Assembly: GCF_003334305.1 (NCBI RefSeq)
Contig: NZ_QOWS01000017.1
Reading direction: 5' to 3' (one strand)
DNA from: Escherichia coli
GTDB lineage: Bacteria > Pseudomonadota > Gammaproteobacteria > Enterobacterales > Enterobacteriaceae
Length of the DNA: 64,000 nt
The notes below the pieces were generated by a model. It had not been told where the DNA came from, did no database searches, and saw only the letters and a list, made by a program, of their open reading frames with translations. A program made the position numbers and the translations under genes. Numbering within the stretch: position 1 is the stretch's first letter; the number at the start of each line of letters is the position of its first letter. Positions 51,394 to 61,862 of this stretch are shown here, one piece after another.

Positions 51394-52346
51394 AAAAATC
51401 GTGGCGTAATAACGTTGAGTTTTACTTGATCGGCCTGCTGGTGCTAACTGTTGCCGCGTTCAGCATTACTATGCCGGAGATTTTCTGGTCGATAAGTAAT
51501 TTCCAGTCCGTCGCTTCGCAAATGCCCGTGCTGGGCATTCTGGCGTTGGCTATGGCGGTGACCATGCTTTGCGGTGGCATTAACTTGTCAATTATAGCCA
51601 CTGCTAACGCCTGTTCACTGGTGATGGCGTGGGTGGCGACTCAGTATCCACCGGGTATTGCTACGGTTGTCGCTACGTTACTGGCGGGCGCTGGCGCGGC
51701 GGTGATAATCGGTTTATGTAACGGCGTATTGATTGCTGGTATTCGAGTGTCGCCAATTCTTGCAACGCTTGGGATGATGACGTTGCTCAAAGGGATAAAT
51801 ATTCTGGTGACAGGTGGTAGCGCCATTGCCAATTATCCCTCATGGGTGCTGTGGTTGAATCATGCGCAATGGTTCGGTATTCCGCTACCGATGTGGTTGT
51901 TTGCCGCAGTGGCACTGGGGCTATGGATATTGCTGGAGAAAACGCCGCTCGGTAAAGCCATTTACCTGATTGGGTCTAACGAACGAGCAACACTTTACTC
52001 CGGCATTAACACTCGTCGGGTGCTGATTTGGGTTTATGTCATTTCCGCCTTGCTTTGTGCGGTAGCGGCATTTTTGATGATGTCGAAACTCAACTCGGCT
52101 AAGGCCTCTTATGGCGAATCGTACTTGCTGGTGTCAATCCTCGCGGCAGTACTCGGTGGGGTTAATCCGGACGGCGGCAGCGGGCGGATAATTGGTATGG
52201 TGCTGGCGCTGTTTCTTCTGCAAATTATTGAAAGCGGCTTCAATATTCTCGGTATAAGCCCCTACCTGACGATGGCCTTATGGGGAACGTTGCTGCTCTG
52301 TTTCATTCAGGTTCGCGGCATGTTGGGGCTGGATCGGGTGGTTTAA
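51390..52346 (+). CDS. ABC transporter permease 2 (LsrD/RbsC-like)
   Basis: Polytopic membrane protein; ATGA start/stop overlap with permease 1 (start taken at MKKSWRNN). Confidence 0.75.
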   Translation: MKKSWRNNVEFYLIGLLVLTVAAFSITMPEIFWSISNFQSVASQMPVLGILALAMAVTMLCGGINLSIIATANACSLVMAWVATQYPPGIATVVATLLAGAGAAVIIGLCNGVLIAGIRVSPILATLGMMTLLKGINILVTGGSAIANYPSWVLWLNHAQWFGIPLPMWLFAAVALGLWILLEKTPLGKAIYLIGSNERATLYSGINTRRVLIWVYVISALLCAVAAFLMMSKLNSAKASYGESYLLVSILAAVLGGVNPDGGSGRIIGMVLALFLLQIIESGFNILGISPYLTMALWGTLLLCFIQVRGMLGLDRVV

Positions 52347-52432
52347 ATATTGGCTATATTCAATGGACGCGTTTTGCCGCGATGACATATCAGGCGTCGC
52401 CAAATACACATAGCTAATCAGGAGTAAACACA

Positions 52433-53482
52433 ATGAAGATCAAAGCTGTTGGTGCATATTCCGCTAAACAACCACTTGAACCGATGGATATCACACGGCG
52501 TGAACCGGGACCGAATGATGTCAAAATCGAAATCGCTTACTGTGGCGTCTGCCATTCCGATCTCCACCAGGTCCGTTCCGAGTGGGCGGGGACGGTTTAC
52601 CCCTGCGTACCGGGTCATGAAATTGTGGGGCGTGTGGTAGCCGTTGGTGATCAGGTAGAAAAACATGCGCCGGGCGATCTGGTCGGTGTCGGCTGCATTG
52701 TCGACAGTTGTAAACATTGCGAAGAGTGTGAAGACGGGCTGGAAAACTACTGTGATCACATGACCGGCACCTATAACTCGCCGACGCCGGACGAACCGGG
52801 CCATACTCTGGGCGGCTACTCACAACAGATCGTCGTTCATGAGCGATATGTTCTGCGTATTCGTCACCCGCAAGAGCAGCTGGCGGCGGTGGCTCCTTTG
52901 TTGTGTGCAGGGATCACCACGTATTCGCCGCTACGTCACTGGCAGGCCGGGCCGGGTAAAAAAGTGGGCGTGGTCGGCATCGGCGGTCTGGGACATATGG
53001 GGATCAAGCTGGCCCACGCGATGGGGGCGCATGTGGTGGCATTTACCACTTCTGAGGCAAAACGCGAAGCGGCAAAAGCCCTGGGGGCCGATGAAGTTGT
53101 TAACTCACGCAATGCCGATGAGATGGCGGCTCATCTGAAGAGTTTCGATTTCATTTTGAATACAGTAGCTGCGCCACATAATCTCGACGATTTTACCACC
53201 TTGCTGAAGCGTGATGGCACCATGACGCTGGTTGGTGCGCCTGCGACACCGCATAAATCGCCGGAAGTTTTCAACCTGATCATGAAACGCCGTGCGATAG
53301 CCGGTTCTATGATTGGCGGCATTCCAGAAACTCAGGAGATGCTCGATTTTTGCGCCGAACATGGCATCGTGGCTGATATAGAGATGATTCGGGCCGATCA
53401 AATTAATGAAGCCTATGAGCGAATGCTGCGTGGTGATGTGAAATATCGTTTTGTTATCGATAATCGCACACTAACAGACTGA
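52433..53482 (+). CDS. yahK: YahK NADPH-dependent aldehyde reductase (zinc-dependent alcohol dehydrogenase family), 349 aa
   Basis: Zinc alcohol dehydrogenase motifs (GVCHSDLH, GHEIVGRVVAVG, GVVGIGGLGHMG). Confidence 0.9.
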   Translation: MKIKAVGAYSAKQPLEPMDITRREPGPNDVKIEIAYCGVCHSDLHQVRSEWAGTVYPCVPGHEIVGRVVAVGDQVEKHAPGDLVGVGCIVDSCKHCEECEDGLENYCDHMTGTYNSPTPDEPGHTLGGYSQQIVVHERYVLRIRHPQEQLAAVAPLLCAGITTYSPLRHWQAGPGKKVGVVGIGGLGHMGIKLAHAMGAHVVAFTTSEAKREAAKALGADEVVNSRNADEMAAHLKSFDFILNTVAAPHNLDDFTTLLKRDGTMTLVGAPATPHKSPEVFNLIMKRRAIAGSMIGGIPETQEMLDFCAEHGIVADIEMIRADQINEAYERMLRGDVKYRFVIDNRTLTD

Positions 53483-53724
53483 AAAAATTAATAAATACCC
53501 TGTGGTTTAACATATTAACTTCGCTCTCCACTTAACTTTTTAGTTAAGGAGAGCGAAATAATATCAAAGTAGCAGTAAAACCTATAACGTAAATTCAAAT
53601 TGTTAAATTAACTCCCTCCAGTACACAATACTTCTCACGTTAGTTATGAGCGATTTCTGATAGTGCCTGGTTTAATGAGAGCTTTATTATCTGCGACGTT
53701 TATTTTTATTTAAGAGAGATCGCG

Positions 53725-54540
53725 ATGATATCATTAAAAGCTCCGCACAATAATTTGATGCCATATACGCAACAAAGCATACTTAATACGGTTAAAAACA
53801 ATCAGTTACCAGAGGATATCAAAAGCTCCCTGGTTTCCTGTGTCGATATATTCAAGGTTTTGATTAAACAATATTATGATTATCCTTATGATTGTCGTGA
53901 TGATTTAGTCGATGACGACAAACTCATTCATCTCATGGCTGCCGTACGAGACTGTGAGTGGTTAGACGATAACGCACTCACCATAAATGTGCAGTTTAAT
54001 GATTTCCCTGGATTTTATGACTGGATGGATTACCCTGATCACCCGGTTAAGTTTGTTTTTCGCATACTTGAAAATCAAAAAGGGACAGTTTGGGTATATG
54101 ACCAGGATGATGCGTTTCTTGATATTAAAGCAAATGTGCAGGCTGGACGCTTTACCGGGCTTAAGAAATTAGTGCAGTTTATCGATTCAGTGCGAACAGA
54201 TTGCAAATGTATTCTTCTTGAACACCATATGCCTTTGCTGAGAATTTTCCCTAAAGGGAAAGAGTGTATGCGTGTGGAAAAATGGCTTCGCGAAATGTCG
54301 TCTATTCCGGAGACAGACGCGCCCATTAAGCAGGCGCTTGCGCATGGATTATTATTACACTTAAAAAATATCCACCCTGTTTTTCCTGAATCACTGGTGA
54401 TGTTATTGCTCTCTGTTCTGGACGTAAAAACATACAGAGATGACGCACGATTAAATGAATGGATATCGAATAGAGTGCAGGAATTAGGTGACAGATATTA
54501 TCCTGTAAATAAGCACGTTAAAATCCGCTACACTCTTTAG
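53725..54540 (+). CDS. yahL: YahL uncharacterised protein, 271 aa
   Basis: ORF of the expected size and position; no recognisable domain. Confidence 0.75.
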   Translation: MISLKAPHNNLMPYTQQSILNTVKNNQLPEDIKSSLVSCVDIFKVLIKQYYDYPYDCRDDLVDDDKLIHLMAAVRDCEWLDDNALTINVQFNDFPGFYDWMDYPDHPVKFVFRILENQKGTVWVYDQDDAFLDIKANVQAGRFTGLKKLVQFIDSVRTDCKCILLEHHMPLLRIFPKGKECMRVEKWLREMSSIPETDAPIKQALAHGLLLHLKNIHPVFPESLVMLLLSVLDVKTYRDDARLNEWISNRVQELGDRYYPVNKHVKIRYTL

Positions 54541-54952
54541 TTCAGAAAGGGTTCCACCTGCAAGTTGTTATTCCACCAGAGAGTGAATCGCAAAGCAGGT
54601 AATCATTTCATCTGTATATCCGTATGCCAAATGGCATTCCACCGCCTTTTTCGCCGATATTTTGTTGTGATCGGCGACGCTTCGCTTAAAAAAGCACCAG
54701 CAGTGGTTTCGCAGCTATGCGGTGTATAAAAAATGATCTCATGCAGATGTTTTGTGAATGTGTGGGTTGACATTCATATGAAAAAAATCATAATTCCATC
54801 ATGTTTGTGTGGGGTCTTTTCTGTACCTTACGCATCGCACTCAAGCCTGACAGAAAATATGCTGTAAGGCTCATATCAAAAACCGCCATTAGCTCATCAG
54901 GAAGAGCAGACGACAACCAGGATTGTTGTATGGTACGGGGTTCGAGGCCTCG

Positions 54953-55198
54953 ATGGCGGTCCAACTTTTCAAAACTCTTCTGAATCAGATCCCCTTATTA
55001 TCATCCCTGCAAAGTGGAACATTGCCATTGTTTGGCTATTCAGGACGGGGCAGACCAATGAAAAAAGCCCACACAGGGGAGAGTGGGCTGAAATGGGAAG
55101 CTAAAGACTCAAGTAAACTTATCGGAAATAAGGACCACGCATTACGGGGGCTATCATCGCCGATGGCCGGGATTCGGCAAATCAGGTTGATTACGTAG
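54953..55198 (+). CDS. Possible YahM small protein (81 aa)
   Basis: ORF in the expected position between yahL and yahN; start chosen at the internal Met to give 81 aa. Weak support. Confidence 0.3.
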   Translation: MAVQLFKTLLNQIPLLSSLQSGTLPLFGYSGRGRPMKKAHTGESGLKWEAKDSSKLIGNKDHALRGLSSPMAGIRQIRLIT

Positions 55199-55214
55199 AG
55201 AGTAAATTATCTGC

Positions 55215-55886
55215 TCACCGCTGCGTCACCCCTTCGTAAATCAGGCGTAGCGCGAATACACCAATAATTGCACCAATAACCCGACTGGCAACGCGTTGCA
55301 TACGCCCATAAGCACGACGCACAGCGGGCAAAGAAAACGCCTGACTAAGAAAAACTCGCCAGATAATTGATGCGAGCACAATCCCCGCCCAGGCCATTAA
55401 ACGTGCCCATGTTGGTGTTTCGGCATTTAATGTTACTGAGAAAATACTAATAAAAAATAAAACGGTTTGCGGGTTAGAGAGATCGGTAATTAATCCGCGG
55501 CGAAAAAAGACATACCAGGGGGCGCTAATCGGTTGTTGTAGTGTGCTCATTTGCGGTGTTGACTGGCGGCGCATGCTGCACCACGCAAACCATAAGAGAT
55601 AAGCGCCGCCGACGATTCTGATAAGCGAAAAAATCTCCTCACACTGCGTAATTAGTGTTGCAAGACCAAACAAACCCAACCCGGAATAAAATGCATCGCC
55701 CAGCGCCACCCCCAGCCCGGTCAGCACACCTGCGCGTCGACCGGAAGCCAGGCTGGTTTGTACTACCACAAAGAGATTGGCTCCCGGATTAAAAAAAGTA
55801 ATCACGAACAGTCCTACGGTCAGGTAAACGGCGTGCAAAGGATCCATAGTGATTTCATCCATAAATAAGTGAAGTAACTTCATCAT
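55215..55886 (-). CDS. yahN: YahN LysE/RhtB-family amino-acid exporter, 223 aa
   Basis: Six-transmembrane LysE-type protein (MMKLLHLFMDEITMDPLHAVYLTVGLF...). Confidence 0.85.
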   Translation of the reverse strand: MMKLLHLFMDEITMDPLHAVYLTVGLFVITFFNPGANLFVVVQTSLASGRRAGVLTGLGVALGDAFYSGLGLFGLATLITQCEEIFSLIRIVGGAYLLWFAWCSMRRQSTPQMSTLQQPISAPWYVFFRRGLITDLSNPQTVLFFISIFSVTLNAETPTWARLMAWAGIVLASIIWRVFLSQAFSLPAVRRAYGRMQRVASRVIGAIIGVFALRLIYEGVTQR

Positions 55887-56032
55887 ATTTCTACCAAAAA
55901 TAATCGGGTGCGAAAGAGATCACAAAGTGTCTTATTTCCGGTTACTGGCGTTTATGCCCTGACTGAACTAATTATTAATCAACCCAATAATGTGGGTGGG
56001 TGATAGTGTGATAACAACTCTGGAGCCGTAAT

Positions 56033-56308
56033 ATGAAAATAATCTCTAAAATGTTAGTCGGTGCGTTAGCGTTTGCCGTTACCAATGTCTATGCCGCTGA
56101 ATTGATGACCAAAGCGGAATTTGAAAAAGTTGAATCGCAGTATGAAAAAATAGGTGATATTTCAACCAGTAATGAAATGTCGACCGCAGATGCGAAAGAG
56201 GATTTGATCAAAAAAGCGGATGAAAAAGGGGCTGATGTGTTGGTACTGACCTCTGGTCAAACTGACAATAAGATCCACGGCACGGCAAATATTTATAAGA
56301 AGAAGTAA
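56033..56308 (+). CDS. yahO: YahO periplasmic DUF1471-family protein, 91 aa
   Basis: Signal peptide [21 protein letters not shown] plus a small YdgH/BhsA-like domain. Confidence 0.85.
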   Translation: MKIISKMLVGALAFAVTNVYAAELMTKAEFEKVESQYEKIGDISTSNEMSTADAKEDLIKKADEKGADVLVLTSGQTDNKIHGTANIYKKK

Positions 56309-56408
56309 TTCTGAAACCTATGTAAACATCCCCGATGCGTAAATTTATCGGTGATCATCATCTATTGAAATTTATGCCGGATAAAGCGTTCGCGCTGCAT
56401 TCGGCAGT

Positions 56409-57995
56409 TCAGTTTTTCAGCCGCCGCCAGAACGTCGTCCGGCTTATGCCTAAATAATTCGCCGCTGCTGTTTTATCGCCTTTAAATTTCTCCAGTGCCT
56501 GTTGTGGTGTCAGTAAGCGTGGAGCGGGAATTTTCGCCGACTCGCGCGCCAGCTCCGGCAGTAGCAGTTGCATAAACTGCGGCGTTAAATCCGGCGTCGG
56601 TTCCACACTTAAAAACAGCGCCAGTCGTTCCATCATATTGCGCAGTTCACGAATATTGCCTGGCCAGTCGTAGTGCACCAGCACGGTTTCGCTTGCCTGT
56701 AATCCCTGGCGTAATGCGGCAGAAAACGGGGCGGAGAGCGCCGCCAGAGACACTTTCAAAAAGCTTTCCGCCAGCGGAAGAATATCCGCCACCCGCTCGC
56801 GCAGTGGTGGCAATTGCAGACGCAAAATACTCAGCCGATAAAACAGATCACGGCGAAACTGCCCTTGCCGCATATCTTCTTCCAGATTGCAGTGAGTGGC
56901 GCTAATGACCCGCACATCCACCGGAACAGGCTGATGCCCGCCGACGCGAGTAACCTCTTTTTCTTCCAGCACCCGTAACAGGCGAGTCTGCAAAGGTAGC
57001 GGCATTTCGCCAATCTCATCCAGAAACAGCGTACCGCCGTGGGCAATTTCGAACAGCCCGGCGCGACCTCCGCGTCGCGAGCCGGTAAACGCCCCTTCCT
57101 CATAGCCAAACAGCTCCGCTTCCAGCAGCGATTCGGCTATCGCCCCGCAGTTGACGGCAACAAACGGATGCGACTTTTTGCCCTGTCGCGCATCGTGGCG
57201 GGCAAAATATTCCCGATGAATCGCCTGGGCCGCCAGCTCTTTGCCCGTCCCCGTTTCCCCTTCAATCAACACCGCCGCACTGGAGCGGGCATACAGCAAA
57301 ATAGTCTGCCGTACTTGTTCCATCTGTGGTGATTGACCGAGCATATCGCCCAGCACGTAACGAGTTCTCAGGGCGTTGCGGGTGGCATCGTGAGTGTTAT
57401 GGCGTAACGACATGCGCGTCATATCCAGCGCATCGCTGAACGCCTGGCGCACGGTGACGGCGGAATAGATAAAAATTCCGGTCATTCCGGCTTCTTCTGC
57501 CAGATCGGTAATCAGCCCCGCACCGACCACCGCTTCGGTGCCGTTAGCTTTCAGCTCATTAATCTGCCCGCGCGCGTCTTCTTCGGTAATGTAGCTACGT
57601 TGATCGAGGCGCAGATTAAAGGTTTTTTGAAACGCCACCAGTGCCGGAATAGTTTCCTGATAAGTGACAACGCCGATAGAAGAGGTGAGCTTTCCGGCTT
57701 TTGCCAGTGCCTGTAACACATCGTAGCCGCTCGGTTTAATCAAAATAACTGGCACTGACAGGCGGCTTTTCAGGTACGCGCCGTTAGAGCCAGCGGCGAT
57801 GACGGCGTCGCAGCGTTCGTTTGCCAGTTTCTTGCGGATATAGGTCACTGCTTTTTCAAAGCCAAGCTGGATAGGGGTAATGTTCGCCAGGTGATCAAAC
57901 TCGAGGCTGATATCGCGAAACAGCTCGAACAGGCGCGTTACAGATACCGTCCAGATAACCGGTTTGTCGTCATTAAGCCGTGGTGGATGTGCCAT
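56409..57995 (-). CDS. prpR: PrpR sigma-54-dependent activator of the propionate operon, 528 aa
   Basis: AAA+ sigma-54 activator core ([21 protein letters not shown]-like) and C-terminal helix-turn-helix; start at [10 protein letters not shown]. Confidence 0.9.
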   Translation of the reverse strand: MAHPPRLNDDKPVIWTVSVTRLFELFRDISLEFDHLANITPIQLGFEKAVTYIRKKLANERCDAVIAAGSNGAYLKSRLSVPVILIKPSGYDVLQALAKAGKLTSSIGVVTYQETIPALVAFQKTFNLRLDQRSYITEEDARGQINELKANGTEAVVGAGLITDLAEEAGMTGIFIYSAVTVRQAFSDALDMTRMSLRHNTHDATRNALRTRYVLGDMLGQSPQMEQVRQTILLYARSSAAVLIEGETGTGKELAAQAIHREYFARHDARQGKKSHPFVAVNCGAIAESLLEAELFGYEEGAFTGSRRGGRAGLFEIAHGGTLFLDEIGEMPLPLQTRLLRVLEEKEVTRVGGHQPVPVDVRVISATHCNLEEDMRQGQFRRDLFYRLSILRLQLPPLRERVADILPLAESFLKVSLAALSAPFSAALRQGLQASETVLVHYDWPGNIRELRNMMERLALFLSVEPTPDLTPQFMQLLLPELARESAKIPAPRLLTPQQALEKFKGDKTAAANYLGISRTTFWRRLKN

Positions 57996-58171
57996 AGCGC
58001 ACCGCAAAGTTAAGAAACCGAATATTGGGTTTAGTCTTGTTTCATAATTGTTGCAATGAAACGCGGTGAAACATTGCCTGAAACGTTAACTGAAACGCAT
58101 ATTTGCGGATTAGTTCATGACTTTATTTATAACAAATTGAAATTAAACATTTAATTTTATTCAGTTAATTG

Positions 58172-58187
58172 TGGCACACCCCTTGCT
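58172..58187 (+). promoter_or_regulatory. Sigma-54 (-24/-12) promoter of prpBCDE
   Basis: TGGCAC-acccc-TTGCT, matching the TGGCAC-N5-TTGCW consensus, 47 bp upstream of the prpB start. Confidence 0.75.
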
Positions 58188-58233
58188 TTGTCTTTATCAA
58201 CGCAAGTAACAAGTTGATAACAAAGGATGGGCT

Positions 58234-59124
58234 ATGTCTCTACACTCTCCAGGTAAAGCGTTTCGCGCTGCACTGTCTAAAGAAAATCCATTGCAGATTG
58301 TTGGCACCATCAACGCTAATCATGCGCTGTTGGCGCAGCGTGCCGGATATCAGGCAATTTATCTCTCCGGCGGTGGCGTGGCGGCAGGTTCGCTGGGGCT
58401 GCCCGATCTCGGTATTTCTACCCTTGATGATGTGCTGACCGACATTCGCCGTATCACCGACGTTTGTTCGCTGCCGCTGCTGGTGGATGCGGATATCGGT
58501 TTTGGTTCTTCGGCCTTTAACGTGGCGCGTACGGTGAAATCGATGATTAAAGCCGGTGCGGCAGGATTGCATATTGAAGATCAGGTTGGTACGAAACGCT
58601 GCGGTCATCGCCCGAACAAAGCGATCGTCTCGAAAGAGGAGATGGTGGATCGGATCCGCGCGGCGGTGGATGCGAAAACCGATCCTGATTTTGTGATCAT
58701 GGCGCGCACCGATGCGCTGGCGGTAGAGGGGCTGGATGCGGCGATCGAGCGTGCACAGGCCTATGTTGAAGCGGGTGCCGAGATGTTGTTCCCGGAGGCG
58801 ATTACCGAACTCGCCATGTACCGCCAGTTTGCCGATGCGGTTCAGGTGCCAATCCTCGCCAACATTACCGAATTTGGTGCCACGCCGCTGTTTACCACCG
58901 ACGAATTACGCAGCGCCCATGTCGCAATGGCGCTGTACCCGCTTTCAGCGTTCCGCGCCATGAACCGCGCCGCTGAACATGTCTACAACGTCCTGCGCCA
59001 GGAAGGCACGCAGAAAAGCGTCATCGACACCATGCAGACCCGCAACGAACTGTACGAAAGCATCAACTACTACCAGTACGAAGAGAAGCTCGACGACCTG
59101 TTTGCCCGTAGCCAGGTGAAATAA
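58234..59124 (+). CDS. prpB: PrpB 2-methylisocitrate lyase, 296 aa
   Basis: Isocitrate lyase/PEP mutase family (KRCGHRP motif); first gene after the sigma-54 promoter. Confidence 0.9.
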   Translation: MSLHSPGKAFRAALSKENPLQIVGTINANHALLAQRAGYQAIYLSGGGVAAGSLGLPDLGISTLDDVLTDIRRITDVCSLPLLVDADIGFGSSAFNVARTVKSMIKAGAAGLHIEDQVGTKRCGHRPNKAIVSKEEMVDRIRAAVDAKTDPDFVIMARTDALAVEGLDAAIERAQAYVEAGAEMLFPEAITELAMYRQFADAVQVPILANITEFGATPLFTTDELRSAHVAMALYPLSAFRAMNRAAEHVYNVLRQEGTQKSVIDTMQTRNELYESINYYQYEEKLDDLFARSQVK

Positions 59125-59168
59125 AACACAACGAAAAATATCTCGACCCTACAAATGACGAGGACAAT

Positions 59169-60338
59169 ATGAGCGACACAACGATCCTGCAAAACAGTAC
59201 CCATGTCATTAAACCGAAAAAATCGGTGGCACTTTCCGGCTTTCCGGCGGGCAATACGGCGCTCTGCACCGTGGGTAAAAGTGGCAATGACCTGCATTAC
59301 CGTGGCTACGATATTCTTGATCTGGCGGAACATTGCGAATTTGAAGAAGTGGCTCATCTGCTGATCCACGGCAAACTGCCGACCCGTGACGAACTCGCCG
59401 CTTACAAAACGAAACTGAAAGCCCTGCGTGGTTTACCGGCTAACGTGCGTACCGTGCTGGAAGCCTTACCGGCGGCGTCACACCCGATGGATGTTATGCG
59501 CACCGGTGTTTCCGCGCTCGGCTGCACGCTGCCAGAAAAAGAGGGGCATACCGTCTCTGGCGCGCGGGATATTGCCGACAAACTGCTGGCGTCGCTTAGC
59601 TCGATTCTCCTTTATTGGTATCACTACAGCCACAACGGCGAACGCATCCAACCGGAAACCGATGACGACTCCATCGGCGGTCACTTCCTGCATCTGCTGC
59701 ACGGCGAAAAGCCATCGCAAAGCTGGGAAAAGGCGATGCATATCTCGCTGGTGCTGTACGCCGAACACGAGTTTAACGCCTCCACCTTTACCAGTCGGGT
59801 GATTGCGGGCACCGGCTCTGATATGTATTCCGCGATTATTGGCGCGATTGGCGCACTGCGCGGGCCAAAACACGGCGGGGCGAATGAAGTGTCGCTGGAG
59901 ATCCAGCAACGCTACGAAACGCCGGACGAAGCCGAAGCAGATATCCGCAAGCGCGTGGAAAACAAAGAAGTGGTCATTGGTTTTGGTCATCCGGTTTACA
60001 CCATCGCTGACCCGCGCCACCAGGTGATTAAACGTGTGGCGAAGCAGCTCTCGCAGGAAGGCGGCTCGCTGAAGATGTACAACATCGCCGATCGCCTGGA
60101 AACGGTGATGTGGGAGAGCAAAAAGATGTTCCCCAATCTCGACTGGTTCTCTGCTGTTTCCTACAACATGATGGGCGTTCCCACCGAGATGTTCACACCA
60201 CTGTTTGTTATCGCCCGCGTCACCGGCTGGGCGGCGCACATTATCGAACAACGTCAGGACAACAAAATTATCCGTCCTTCCGCCAATTATGTTGGACCGG
60301 AAGACCGCCCGTTTGTCGCGCTGGATAAGCGCCAGTAA
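59169..60338 (+). CDS. prpC: PrpC 2-methylcitrate synthase, 389 aa
   Basis: Citrate synthase family; second gene of the prp operon. Confidence 0.9.
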   Translation: MSDTTILQNSTHVIKPKKSVALSGFPAGNTALCTVGKSGNDLHYRGYDILDLAEHCEFEEVAHLLIHGKLPTRDELAAYKTKLKALRGLPANVRTVLEALPAASHPMDVMRTGVSALGCTLPEKEGHTVSGARDIADKLLASLSSILLYWYHYSHNGERIQPETDDDSIGGHFLHLLHGEKPSQSWEKAMHISLVLYAEHEFNASTFTSRVIAGTGSDMYSAIIGAIGALRGPKHGGANEVSLEIQQRYETPDEAEADIRKRVENKEVVIGFGHPVYTIADPRHQVIKRVAKQLSQEGGSLKMYNIADRLETVMWESKKMFPNLDWFSAVSYNMMGVPTEMFTPLFVIARVTGWAAHIIEQRQDNKIIRPSANYVGPEDRPFVALDKRQ

Positions 60339-60371
60339 ACCTCTACGAATAACAATAAGGAAACGTACCCA

Positions 60372-61823
60372 ATGTCAGCTCAAATCAACAACATCCGCCC
60401 GGAATTTGATCGTGAAATCGTTGATATCGTCGATTACGTGATGAACTACGAAATCAGCTCTAAAGTGGCCTACGACACCGCACATTACTGCCTGCTCGAC
60501 ACGCTCGGCTGCGGTCTGGAAGCTCTCGAATACCCGGCCTGTAAAAAACTGCTGGGGCCAATTGTTCCCGGCACCGTCGTACCCAACGGCGTGCGCGTCC
60601 CCGGAACTCAGTTCCAGCTCGACCCCGTCCAGGCGGCATTTAACATCGGCGCGATGATCCGCTGGCTCGATTTCAACGATACCTGGCTGGCGGCGGAGTG
60701 GGGCCATCCTTCCGACAACCTCGGCGGCATTCTGGCAACGGCGGACTGGCTTTCGCGCAACGCGGTCGCCAGCGGCAAAGCGCCGTTGACCATGAAACAG
60801 GTGCTGACCGCAATGATCAAAGCCCATGAAATTCAGGGCTGCATCGCGCTGGAAAACTCCTTTAACCGCGTCGGCCTCGACCACGTTCTGTTAGTGAAAG
60901 TGGCTTCCACCGCCGTGGTCGCCGAAATGCTCGGCCTGACCCGCGAGGAAATTCTCAACGCCGTTTCGCTGGCGTGGGTGGACGGTCAGTCGCTGCGCAC
61001 CTATCGCCATGCGCCGAACACCGGCACGCGTAAATCCTGGGCGGCGGGCGATGCCACTTCCCGCGCGGTACGTCTGGCACTGATGGCGAAAACGGGCGAA
61101 ATGGGTTACCCGTCAGCCCTGACTGCGCCGGTGTGGGGCTTCTACGACGTCTCCTTTAAAGGTGAATCGTTCCGCTTCCAGCGCCCGTACGGTTCCTACG
61201 TTATGGAAAATGTGCTGTTCAAAATCTCCTTCCCGGCGGAGTTCCACTCCCAGACGGCAGTTGAAGCAGCGATGACGCTCTATGAACAGATGCAGGCAGC
61301 AGGCAAAACGGCGGCGGATATCGAAAAAGTGACCATTCGCACCCACGAAGCCTGTATTCGCATCATCGACAAAAAAGGACCGCTCAATAACCCGGCAGAC
61401 CGCGATCACTGCATTCAGTACATGGTGGCGATCCCGCTGCTGTTCGGGCGCTTAACGGCGGCAGATTACGAGGACAACGTGGCGCAAGATAAACGTATCG
61501 ACGCCCTGCGCGAGAAGATCAATTGCTTTGAAGATCCGGCGTTTACCGCTGACTACCACGACCCGGAAAAACGCGCCATCGCCAATGCCATTACCCTTGA
61601 GTTCACCGACGGCACACGATTTGAAGAAGTGGTGGTGGAGTACCCCATTGGTCATGCTCGCCGCCGTCAGGATGGTATTCCGAAACTGGTCGATAAATTC
61701 AAAATCAATCTCGCGCGCCAGTTCCCGACTCGCCAACAGCAGCGCATTCTGGAGGTTTCTCTCGACAGAACTCGCCTGGAACAGATGCCGGTCAATGAGT
61801 ATCTCGACCTGTACGTCATTTAA
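60372..61823 (+). CDS. prpD: PrpD 2-methylcitrate dehydratase, 483 aa
   Basis: MmgE/PrpD family protein of expected length in operon position. Confidence 0.9.
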   Translation: MSAQINNIRPEFDREIVDIVDYVMNYEISSKVAYDTAHYCLLDTLGCGLEALEYPACKKLLGPIVPGTVVPNGVRVPGTQFQLDPVQAAFNIGAMIRWLDFNDTWLAAEWGHPSDNLGGILATADWLSRNAVASGKAPLTMKQVLTAMIKAHEIQGCIALENSFNRVGLDHVLLVKVASTAVVAEMLGLTREEILNAVSLAWVDGQSLRTYRHAPNTGTRKSWAAGDATSRAVRLALMAKTGEMGYPSALTAPVWGFYDVSFKGESFRFQRPYGSYVMENVLFKISFPAEFHSQTAVEAAMTLYEQMQAAGKTAADIEKVTIRTHEACIRIIDKKGPLNNPADRDHCIQYMVAIPLLFGRLTAADYEDNVAQDKRIDALREKINCFEDPAFTADYHDPEKRAIANAITLEFTDGTRFEEVVVEYPIGHARRRQDGIPKLVDKFKINLARQFPTRQQQRILEVSLDRTRLEQMPVNEYLDLYVI

Positions 61824-61862
61824 GCAAACAGCGGTAAGGCGTAAGTTCAACAGGAGAGCATT

